DNA from: Bacteroidales bacterium
Lineage (GTDB): Bacteria > Bacteroidota > Bacteroidia > Bacteroidales > VadinHA17
Reading direction: 5' to 3'
Length of the DNA stretch: 64,000 nt
Assembly (NCBI GenBank): GCA_035390825.1
Contig: DAOOUQ010000016.1
Location: 8,250-72,249, forward strand
Part shown: piece after piece, positions 26,022-34,437 of the stretch
Layout: the number at the start of each line of letters is the position of its first letter
Position numbering within the stretch: position 1 is the first letter of the stretch
Made by a program: the position numbers and the translations under genes
Notes under the pieces: model-generated
What the model saw: the letters and a program-made list of their open reading frames with translations, nothing else
The model's database searches: none
Told to the model about the DNA's origin: nothing

Positions 26022-27912
26022 TCCTTTTGTTTTGCCGTTTGACATAGGACTCTATTTCATCCTGTTGTATGTGGTAGCCAGGAGCGTTATCTGGTTCAGG
26101 CAGCTGTCAAGGCCCGACAAGCTAAGGCTTCAGCGCGGTTTCTTCGGGCGAGCCTTTGGCCAGAGCCTGAGGGAGATATTCCTTGAAAGCCTGATCCACA
26201 GGAAGATCCTTAAGAAGAATCCAAGACTTGGATATATGCATATGAGCCTTGCCTTCGGCTGGTTCCTCCTTATTCTTTTTGGTACTATTGAGGCTGATAT
26301 TTTCGGGGAAAGCCATCTTAACCCACCCTCGCGTGCAATTTTCTTCAGGTTTTTTAATCCCGATCATGGAAAGACTCTTTTTGAGTCGGCATATGCCTTC
26401 CTGATGGATCTTATTCTGGCATTTATTCTGTCGGGGCTTCTGCTTGCAATCATCAAAAGGTTTTCATCAAGGGTTGTCGGGATGAAGAAGACCACGCGCC
26501 TCAGGATGCTTGACAAGGTGGCGCTTACTGCTCTCTGGCTCATTTTCCCGAGCAGGCTTATAGCCGAAAGCCTGACAAGCGGAGCCTATGGAACCGGGAG
26601 TTTCCTTACGGGGAGCCTCGGGTCGGTGCTGGCTTCATTCCTTCCTGCGAAAGAGGCTGCATACCCGTTCTGGTGGCTGTATTCGCTTTCCCTCGGGACT
26701 TTCTTTGTTCTTCTGCCTCTGACAAGATATATGCATATCCCCACCGAGCTCTTCCTTATTTTCATGAGGAATTCAGGCATTAAAACAGGCGACAGGGCAG
26801 GAACATTCTCGGAGGTTGAAGTTCATTCCTGTTCATCATGCGGTATGTGCATAGATCAGTGCCAGCTTAACTTTTCGGCCGGGATAAATACTATTCAGGC
26901 AACTTACCTGATGAAAGCTGTCAGAAACAATTACGACACCAGAGATATTGCTTACAACTGCCTCATGTGCGGCAGGTGCGACGAAGTGTGCCCAGTGGGA
27001 ATAGAAATCTCTCCGATAAGGATGATAGAGCGGAGAAACTCTGAGTCCGGAATGAGGTATTCAAATATCTGGAAAGGATATTTCAGGACACGTCCGGTCC
27101 AGTCTGCAACCAGACAAAATTCAAAAAACAGCTATGATTTTCTTCCGGCAGCCAATCCGGAAAAAACCGATGTCCTTTATTTTGCCGGTTGCATGACTCA
27201 TCTGACGCCCGCTATAAAGAATGCGATGACTTCCATTCTTGATGCTTCAGGTGTAAACTGGTCATTCATTGACGGGAACGGAGGGGTTTGCTGTGGAAGG
27301 CCTCTTATGCTGGCCGGACAGGATAAAGAGGCAAGGGAACTTATAAACTATAATTCGCAGCTTATATGGAAATCAGGTGCCAGCACGCTTGTTACTTCAT
27401 GCCCGATTTGCTATAAAGTTTTCAGGGAAAGCTATTATCTTGATGTTGAAGTGCTGCATCACTCTCAGTTCATCAAGAGGTGCATCGACGACCATTCGCT
27501 TAAACTGAATTTCATGCATAAGAATGTCACATACCACACCCCTTGCGAGCTTGGGAGGAATTCGGGAGTGTATGAGGAGCCCAAAGCCGTTCTCCGGCAT
27601 GTGGCAAATCTTGAACCTACCGGTTATGACGATGAAAAATCGCTATGCTGCGGAGGCTCGCTTGGCAATATCATGTTGAACCGGGCTGACAGACGGAAAA
27701 TTGCTTCAGATGTCACAAAAGTGCTTACAAAGAGCCATCCCGATTATCTCGCTACGGCATGCCCGTTATGCAAAAAAACACTTGCACCTGTCACCGATAC
27801 ACGAGTTGCCGATATTGCCGAGATCGTGGCGGGCGCAATTGTAAGGCCACAGTTAAAAAAAAATCACTTCAGGGAAAGCAGTAAAATGAAAGAATCAGCA
27901 GGCGTTGCATAA
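26011..27912 (+). CDS. Membrane-anchored Fe-S oxidoreductase: about 5 TM helices, a ferredoxin domain and two CCG domains (EMO / DsrMK / HmeCD-fusion-like)
   Basis: A hydrophobic N-terminal third is followed by CSSCGMCIDQC and CLMCGRCDEVCP. Two canonical CCG domains follow (GCMTH...CCGRP...CPIC; PCELG...CCGGS...CPLC). The likely start is MQFDPF at 26011; the ORF frame opens at 25978. Confidence 0.7.
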   Translation: MQFDPFVLPFDIGLYFILLYVVARSVIWFRQLSRPDKLRLQRGFFGRAFGQSLREIFLESLIHRKILKKNPRLGYMHMSLAFGWFLLILFGTIEADIFGESHLNPPSRAIFFRFFNPDHGKTLFESAYAFLMDLILAFILSGLLLAIIKRFSSRVVGMKKTTRLRMLDKVALTALWLIFPSRLIAESLTSGAYGTGSFLTGSLGSVLASFLPAKEAAYPFWWLYSLSLGTFFVLLPLTRYMHIPTELFLIFMRNSGIKTGDRAGTFSEVEVHSCSSCGMCIDQCQLNFSAGINTIQATYLMKAVRNNYDTRDIAYNCLMCGRCDEVCPVGIEISPIRMIERRNSESGMRYSNIWKGYFRTRPVQSATRQNSKNSYDFLPAANPEKTDVLYFAGCMTHLTPAIKNAMTSILDASGVNWSFIDGNGGVCCGRPLMLAGQDKEARELINYNSQLIWKSGASTLVTSCPICYKVFRESYYLDVEVLHHSQFIKRCIDDHSLKLNFMHKNVTYHTPCELGRNSGVYEEPKAVLRHVANLEPTGYDDEKSLCCGGSLGNIMLNRADRRKIASDVTKVLTKSHPDYLATACPLCKKTLAPVTDTRVADIAEIVAGAIVRPQLKKNHFRESSKMKESAGVA

Positions 27913-28063
27913 ATCTAAGATTCAATTGCTTGCATTTTGTTAATAAATTATCTCCATATTAACATATCTTTCGCATCTTTTTTGTTCTTTCGCAAAAAGA
28001 AACAGATACTGAAATTGTTTTCATTTCGTTCTATTAATGTTGTTAATCAAAATATTCTGATAT

Positions 28064-28600
28064 ATGAGCAGAAAAGTGTTTACTGTCATTGGTATGGTTG
28101 TTCTGTTAGCCTGGTCCTGTGGAAGTAACAAGGTGCCTGTCAGCGTGTCGGAAAATGCGGTTGTTCAGAAAGCTGACGGGACACTGTCTCTCGATGTGGA
28201 CAAGGCGACATGTTACAGCGATAATGTAAATCCTGCAAGCAATACAGCTGAATGGAATGTGATTGTCTCAAAACCAGGAACATTCAGGGTATGGCTTTCC
28301 AGTGCAACGAAGGACACAACTAAACTGAGCTATTCCAATTCGGTGAAACTGAGCCTTTCAGATAAATTTCTGGAAGTCAATCCGGTATGTGACAAGGTGA
28401 TTTTGAATTCAGGCGATGTCTCTCTTCCTTATTACAGGGCTGATTCATATATGGGCTCGCTCTATATCTCCGAACCTGGTGAATACAGCATTCAGGTCAT
28501 AAGCGAGAAGGTAATGCCGAAGGAGGCTGTGCAGAGTGAACCATCAGCTTCAGACGATACCCGTCTTATGTCGGTCATACTTACACCCCTGACACGTTAA
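28064..28600 (+). CDS. Hypothetical lipoprotein
   Basis: The 178-aa protein has a signal peptide with a lipobox-like LLAWSCGS. Its 3' end overlaps the convergent purL by 20 nt. Confidence 0.5.
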   Translation: MSRKVFTVIGMVVLLAWSCGSNKVPVSVSENAVVQKADGTLSLDVDKATCYSDNVNPASNTAEWNVIVSKPGTFRVWLSSATKDTTKLSYSNSVKLSLSDKFLEVNPVCDKVILNSGDVSLPYYRADSYMGSLYISEPGEYSIQVISEKVMPKEAVQSEPSASDDTRLMSVILTPLTR

Positions 28601-31600
28601 TCTTATCTTTTATCCATAGCCGGGCATTTACAAATGCCATGATCCATGGTGTGATTTCATCGTTCCTTTTTTCACGTGGGTAATATCCGCATTGCCACGG
28701 GAAAAATGCTCTTTCAAGATGTGGCATCATTGCAAGGTGCCTTCCGTCGTCAGAACATAAACCAGCAATATCATGATCCGACCCGTTCGGATTTGCCGGG
28801 TACGTGCCCTTGCTGTATTTAAGAACTATATTGTATTTCTCAGGAGCATAAGGCAGGCTGAACCTTCCTTCGCCGTGAGCCACCCAGATACCCAGCTCCA
28901 TTCCCGACATATTTCCCATCATTACCGAATTGTTTTCCGGTATCCTGACTCCAACAAACCCCGATTCAAACTTGTTGGATTTGTTGTGAAGCAGTTTAAC
29001 GCCTTTTTCATGTCCGGGATAGATAAGAGAGAGCTCTGCCATAAGCTGGCAGCCATTGCATACTCCCAGTGATAGTGTATCAGTGCGTTTGTAAAATTCA
29101 TCAAGAGCTTTCCTGGCCTTTTGATTGTATTTGAAAGCGCCTGCCCACCCCTTGGCTGAACCGAGAACATCTGAATTTGAAAATCCTCCGACAAAAACTA
29201 TCATGTTTATGTCCTTCAGGGTCTCACGGCCGCTTATAAGGTCGGTCATGTGGACGTCTTTCACATCAAATCCCGCAAGCCAGAGGGCATAGGCCATTTC
29301 CCTGTCTCCATTAACACCTTTTTCCCTGATGATTGCAGCCCTGATCCCGCTTTTCCTGCGACGTTCCGGTGTTATGCCAAGCGATTTGAATGTTCCTTCA
29401 AAGTTACCTGTGTTGTATCTGACATCATGATCTTTATAGAATCTGAATCTTTCCGAAGCAAGTTTCTCTCCGCTCTGCCTGCGGTCGAGAAGATACGACG
29501 TCCTGAACCACGTATCCCTGAGCCTGTCAATATCAAACACAAAGCTTCCGCCATGCCCTGATATTCTTATGACTCTTTCATTTACAGGATGTCCGATTGA
29601 GAAATAGGAAATTCCATTCTCAAGCAGGATCTCGGCGATCTCATTTTCGTCCTTCACCTGTATAATAATGCCGGGATTCTGGCTGAAAAGCAGCTTTACG
29701 GTATCGTGTTCACCGATGGCTGTCAGGTTAATGTCAAGCCCTCCCGAAATGTTTGAGAAGCACATCTCAAGAAGGGTCGTTATCATTCCTCCGGCGGAAA
29801 TGTCGTGACCGGCAAGTATTTTGTTCCTTGAAATAAGATCCTGAACGGTGTTGAATACTTCCGCAAAATATGCGGGATCCCTGACCGTCGGGACCTCATC
29901 GCCAACTTTGTTCAGAATCTGGGCGAAGCTGCTTCCTCCGGTTTTGAAATCATCCCTGCTCATATCGATATACAGCAGGCTTGTATAAGGATCATTGACA
30001 AGAACAGGTTCAACAATTTTCCTTACGTCGTTGACTTCGCCGGCAGCCGATATTATTACGGTACCAGGGGAGATGACGATCTGGTCATCATATTTTTGAG
30101 TCATCGACAGGCTGTCCTTACCTGTCGGTATGTTTATACCGAGATCAATAGCAAATTTGCTTGCAGCCTGCACTGCAGAATAGAGCCTTGCATCCTCTCC
30201 CTCGTTTCTGCAGGGCCACATCCAGTTGGCTGAAAGTGAAATGCTTCTAATCTTGTCTGTCAGCGGCGCCCATAATATATTTGTCAGGGCTTCGGCTATC
30301 GCGAGAACCGAACCAGCTGCAGGATCTGCAAGCCCGGCGGCAGGGGCATGACCTATTGAGGTTGCCATGCCGTATTTCCCTTTGTAATCGAGTGTGATGG
30401 CTCCCAGGTTGTTAAGAGGAAGCTGAAGCGGTCCGGCACATTGCTGTTTTGCAAGTCTTCCCGTAACCGATCGGTCAACTTTATTTGTAAGCCAGTCTTT
30501 GCATGCCACCTCTTCTATCTGAAGTACATGTTCAATATATTCAGGAAGTTTTTCGATTGAGTATTCAGGCTTCTGATAGCTATGGACCGGATATTTATCA
30601 ACCATTGTGGTACGGGGAGGATCTCCGAAAAGAGCTTCAAGGGTAAGATCAATAGGCTTTTCACCGGTTCTGCTGTTTTCGAACGTGAACTGATGATCAC
30701 CGGTAATCTCACCAATTATGTATATAGGGGCTCTTTCGCGTTCTGCAATCTTTTTCAATTCGTCCACATCGGTTTTTTTCATCACAAGTCCCATTCTTTC
30801 CTGAGATTCGTTACCGATGATCTCCCTGGCCGAGAGTGTTGGATCGCCTATTGGCAGCCTGCTGATGTCTATTTTGCCTCCCGTTGATTCGACAAGTTCC
30901 GACAGGCAGTTCAGATGACCGCCTGCCCCGTGATCATGTATCGAGACTATCGGATTGTTGTCGAGTTCACTCAGGGCCCTTATGGCATTGTAGACTCTTT
31001 TCTGCATTTCAGGGTTTGCCCTCTGGACGGCATTAAGCTCGATGGAACTGTGGAACTGTCCGGTGTCGACCGACGACACTGCACCGCCGCCCATGCCGAT
31101 CCTGTAATTATCGCCCCCGAGCAGGACTATAAGATCGCCTTTCTCCGGTACATCTTTGGTGCTGTCCTTCTTTTTACCGGTTCCGATGCCTCCTGCCAGC
31201 ATAATTACCTTGTCGTAACCATATTTCCTTCCATTTTCAAAGTGTTCAAATGTCAGGACCGAGCCGCAGATAAGAGGCTGGCCGAATTTATTACCGAAAT
31301 CGCTGGCGCCGTTTGATGCTTTTATAAGAATATCCTCAGGAGTCCGGTACAGCCATGGTCTTTCGGGTGTTGCTTTTTCCCAGGGCCGGGCGCCATCGGG
31401 TCTGGGGTAGGAGGTCATGTATACTGCCGTACCTGCAACAGGGAAAGCTCCTTTTCCTCCGGCGATCCTGTCTCTGATTTCACCTCCTGTTCCTGTGGAA
31501 GCGCCGTTGAATGGCTCAACAGTCGTCGGGAAATTGTGTGTCTCTGCTTTTAACGAAAGAACCGATTCGAAATTCTTAATTGAAAAAAAATCCGAACTGT

Positions 31601-32282
31601 CCTGTGAAGCCGGTGCAAATTGTTCAATTACAGGTCCCTGGATGAAGGCGCAGTTGTCCTTGTACGCTGAAACCACCTTGTTCCTGTTGAAATGGGTGGT
31701 GTTCTTTATCAGCTGGAAAAGGGTCGAATCCTTCTCTTCGCCGTCGATTATGAAGATGCCGTTAAAGATCTTATGTCTGCAATGCTCCGAATTCACCTGT
31801 GAAAATCCAAACACTTCGCTGTCGGTGAGCGGTCTTCCGATCGATTTTGCAAGATCTTCGAGATATTTGATCTCATCATTGTTCAGGGCCAGACCTTCTT
31901 TCCTGTTGTAATCTGCAATGTCGCTGATATAGACTATCCCTTCAGGTTTACGGTCAATTGTGAAGATATCCTGCCCGGGATCCCTGTACAAAGCCTGAAG
32001 CATTGGATCAAAGCGGGGATTGTCAGGGTCGGAAGGAAAGAATTCCTCGATCCTTTTGATGCCTGCAACACCCATGTTCTGGGTAATCTCGACAGCATTT
32101 GTGCTCCAGGGTGTTATCATTTCCTTTCTGGGGCCCACAAAAGTGCCTTTGACAGTCTGTTCCTTAAGAAGGGGAGCATCACCGAAGAGCCATGTTAATT
32201 TTTCAATATCTGCCGGCAATAAAGCAGAATCAGTGCCGGCTGCAATCACATTACCGGAACCGCATTTGAAAAAAAGAATCAT
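28581..32282 (-). CDS. purL: Phosphoribosylformylglycinamidine synthase, single-chain large type
   Basis: The 1233-aa protein has AIR-synthase-like repeats and a C-terminal glutamine amidotransferase domain (GVCNGCQ catalytic Cys). Confidence 0.95.
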   Translation of the reverse strand: MILFFKCGSGNVIAAGTDSALLPADIEKLTWLFGDAPLLKEQTVKGTFVGPRKEMITPWSTNAVEITQNMGVAGIKRIEEFFPSDPDNPRFDPMLQALYRDPGQDIFTIDRKPEGIVYISDIADYNRKEGLALNNDEIKYLEDLAKSIGRPLTDSEVFGFSQVNSEHCRHKIFNGIFIIDGEEKDSTLFQLIKNTTHFNRNKVVSAYKDNCAFIQGPVIEQFAPASQDSSDFFSIKNFESVLSLKAETHNFPTTVEPFNGASTGTGGEIRDRIAGGKGAFPVAGTAVYMTSYPRPDGARPWEKATPERPWLYRTPEDILIKASNGASDFGNKFGQPLICGSVLTFEHFENGRKYGYDKVIMLAGGIGTGKKKDSTKDVPEKGDLIVLLGGDNYRIGMGGGAVSSVDTGQFHSSIELNAVQRANPEMQKRVYNAIRALSELDNNPIVSIHDHGAGGHLNCLSELVESTGGKIDISRLPIGDPTLSAREIIGNESQERMGLVMKKTDVDELKKIAERERAPIYIIGEITGDHQFTFENSRTGEKPIDLTLEALFGDPPRTTMVDKYPVHSYQKPEYSIEKLPEYIEHVLQIEEVACKDWLTNKVDRSVTGRLAKQQCAGPLQLPLNNLGAITLDYKGKYGMATSIGHAPAAGLADPAAGSVLAIAEALTNILWAPLTDKIRSISLSANWMWPCRNEGEDARLYSAVQAASKFAIDLGINIPTGKDSLSMTQKYDDQIVISPGTVIISAAGEVNDVRKIVEPVLVNDPYTSLLYIDMSRDDFKTGGSSFAQILNKVGDEVPTVRDPAYFAEVFNTVQDLISRNKILAGHDISAGGMITTLLEMCFSNISGGLDINLTAIGEHDTVKLLFSQNPGIIIQVKDENEIAEILLENGISYFSIGHPVNERVIRISGHGGSFVFDIDRLRDTWFRTSYLLDRRQSGEKLASERFRFYKDHDVRYNTGNFEGTFKSLGITPERRRKSGIRAAIIREKGVNGDREMAYALWLAGFDVKDVHMTDLISGRETLKDINMIVFVGGFSNSDVLGSAKGWAGAFKYNQKARKALDEFYKRTDTLSLGVCNGCQLMAELSLIYPGHEKGVKLLHNKSNKFESGFVGVRIPENNSVMMGNMSGMELGIWVAHGEGRFSLPYAPEKYNIVLKYSKGTYPANPNGSDHDIAGLCSDDGRHLAMMPHLERAFFPWQCGYYPREKRNDEITPWIMAFVNARLWIKDKINVSGV

Positions 32283-32361
32283 TGGAAAGATTTAATATAT
32301 TGATTAATAATGGATTGCGTGAAGCCGTGGAGCCTCCGGATCCAATGGTCAAAGATAAACA

Positions 32362-34437
32362 TTAGTTTTTATCATCGCGCTTCAGGCCGCTCCTTTTAAG
32401 GAAGGCTTCCATCGAAGGTTCCTTTCCCCTGAATTTTTTATACAGCTCCATTGGCTTTTCAGTGTCTCCCTTTTCAAGGATGTTTTTCCTGAATGAGTCG
32501 GCAACAGAAGGATTGAAGATACCTGATTCCCTGAAAAAACTGAAGGCATCGGCGTCGAGGACCTCGGCCCATTTGTAACCGTAATATCCTGCTGCATATC
32601 CTCCTCCGAACAGGTGGGTGAAAGAGCAGCTCATGTTCAGAGATCTGTCGGGTCTGAAAAGTTCTGTTTTTGAAAATGCTGCGGCCTCAAAATCACTTAC
32701 ATCTCCTTCAAAAGGTTCATAAAGTGAGTGCCATGCCATATCCAGAAAGCCAAATCCGAGCTGCCTGTTGCAGGCATAGCCTTCATTGAAGGTTTCGGCA
32801 TCCCTTATCCGCCAAATATATTCCGCGGGGATTTTCTCTCCGGTCAGGTAATGCTCTGCCCATTTGTCAAGCCAGTCTTTCTCAAAGGCCCAGTTCTCCA
32901 TGAACTGCGACGGAAGTTCGACGAAATCACGGGCTACATTTGTTCCCGAGAGGCTTTCATAATTGCATTTCGAGAGCATCCCGTGAAGGGCATGACCAAA
33001 TTCATGAAGCAATGTTGTCAGTTCGCTGAAAGTAAGAAGGGATGGTTTGTCACCGTTGGGACGTGTGAAATTTGTAACAATCGAAATGAAGGGGATTATT
33101 CTTTTACCGTTAGCATTTCTTTGTTCCCTGTAACTTGTCATCCATGCTCCTCCCTGTTTCCCTTCCCTCGGATGGAAATCAGTGTAAAATATTGCCAGCA
33201 GCGAATTGTCACTGTCGCTTACTTCCCATGCGGTAACATCGGGATGGTAGACAGGAATTTCCGGCGCGGGTCTGAACTGAAGGCCATAAAGAGTTCCGGC
33301 CAGTCCGAAAACGGCATCCCTGACTTTTTCAAGCCGGAAATATGGTTTTAGCAGTTCATCATCGATATTGTGTCTTTTAAGCTTGAGCTTTTCGGAATAA
33401 AAGGCCCAGTCCCATCTTTCTATTTTTCCATGATGTCCCGACTCTGAAGCAAATTCCTGGAGATCTTTGAGATCTTCGAGTGCCGCGTTGTGTGAGGCAG
33501 AGAACAGATCATTCAGGAATTTCTCAACATTTGACTGGTTTTCGGCCATCCTGTCCTCGAGAACCATTTGAGCGAAGTTTTTGTAACCGAGTATTCCTGC
33601 GATCTCAAGTCTGAGATTCACCATTTTTGAGACAATTTCCCTGTTGTCTTTTTCATCATTATGAAAAGCTCTTGAATTGTAAGCCCTGAACATTTTTTCA
33701 CGCAGCTCTCTTTTTGTCGAATATTGCATGAAAGGCATGTAGCTTGGATAGTGAAGCGTGAAAACCCATCCTTCGATGTTCCGTTTTTTTGCTTCATTTG
33801 CTGCCATTTCAACAACATCCGGAGGGAGGCCGTCAAGGTCTTCCGGATTTGTTATTTCGAGCACGAATGAATTTGTTTCGTTAAGAACATTCTCCTCAAA
33901 TTTAAGGGCAAGCTTTGAAAGCTCTTCGGAGATCTCCCTGAATCTTACCCGGTCCTTGTCAGGGATACCGGCTCCTCCAATTATAAAGTGTCTGTACTTT
34001 TTATAAAGTAATCTGCCCTGTTCAGGGGTCAGTCCGAGAGTATCCCTTGTTTCATACAGAGTTCTTATTCTTTCGAACAACTTCCTGTTCAGGGTAATAT
34101 CGTTGGAAAACCTTGCCAGCAAAGGTGATGTCTCCTGTGCTGCCGCCTGCAGTCCCTTTGAAGTCTCGGCACTGTTGAGATTGAAAAGTATGAGGGAAAT
34201 GTCGCCCAGTATTTCGCCACAGTGTTCAAGAGCTTCGACCGTGTTGCTGAAAGTCGGTGCTTCGGGATTTTCTGCAATAGAATCTATCTCTGCTGAAGCC
34301 AGTTTTATCGCTTCCTCTATGGCGGGCCTGAAATGTTCGGCCCTTATCAGATGGAACGGCGGAGTGCCGTGCGGAGTGTTGCGGCTTTCAAGCAACGGGT
34401 TTGTCATGCTTCCTGTAATAGAATTATTATCAGTCAT
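32362..34437 (-). CDS. dcp: M3 family peptidyl-dipeptidase (Dcp-like)
   Basis: It has the HEFGHALH zinc motif and M3-family length. The start is uncertain: the ORF opens at 34500, but that extension overlaps the upstream gene, so Met22 (34437) or Met32 (34407) is more likely. Confidence 0.85.
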   Translation of the reverse strand: MTDNNSITGSMTNPLLESRNTPHGTPPFHLIRAEHFRPAIEEAIKLASAEIDSIAENPEAPTFSNTVEALEHCGEILGDISLILFNLNSAETSKGLQAAAQETSPLLARFSNDITLNRKLFERIRTLYETRDTLGLTPEQGRLLYKKYRHFIIGGAGIPDKDRVRFREISEELSKLALKFEENVLNETNSFVLEITNPEDLDGLPPDVVEMAANEAKKRNIEGWVFTLHYPSYMPFMQYSTKRELREKMFRAYNSRAFHNDEKDNREIVSKMVNLRLEIAGILGYKNFAQMVLEDRMAENQSNVEKFLNDLFSASHNAALEDLKDLQEFASESGHHGKIERWDWAFYSEKLKLKRHNIDDELLKPYFRLEKVRDAVFGLAGTLYGLQFRPAPEIPVYHPDVTAWEVSDSDNSLLAIFYTDFHPREGKQGGAWMTSYREQRNANGKRIIPFISIVTNFTRPNGDKPSLLTFSELTTLLHEFGHALHGMLSKCNYESLSGTNVARDFVELPSQFMENWAFEKDWLDKWAEHYLTGEKIPAEYIWRIRDAETFNEGYACNRQLGFGFLDMAWHSLYEPFEGDVSDFEAAAFSKTELFRPDRSLNMSCSFTHLFGGGYAAGYYGYKWAEVLDADAFSFFRESGIFNPSVADSFRKNILEKGDTEKPMELYKKFRGKEPSMEAFLKRSGLKRDDKN

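Noticed and set aside
27937-27954. TTGTTAATAAATTATCTC, sharing the first 14 nt with the psr palindrome
   Set aside because: The second half-site is absent (4 of 7 positions match). It may be a coincidence in AT-rich promoter DNA upstream of the lipoprotein gene, so it is not called as an operator.
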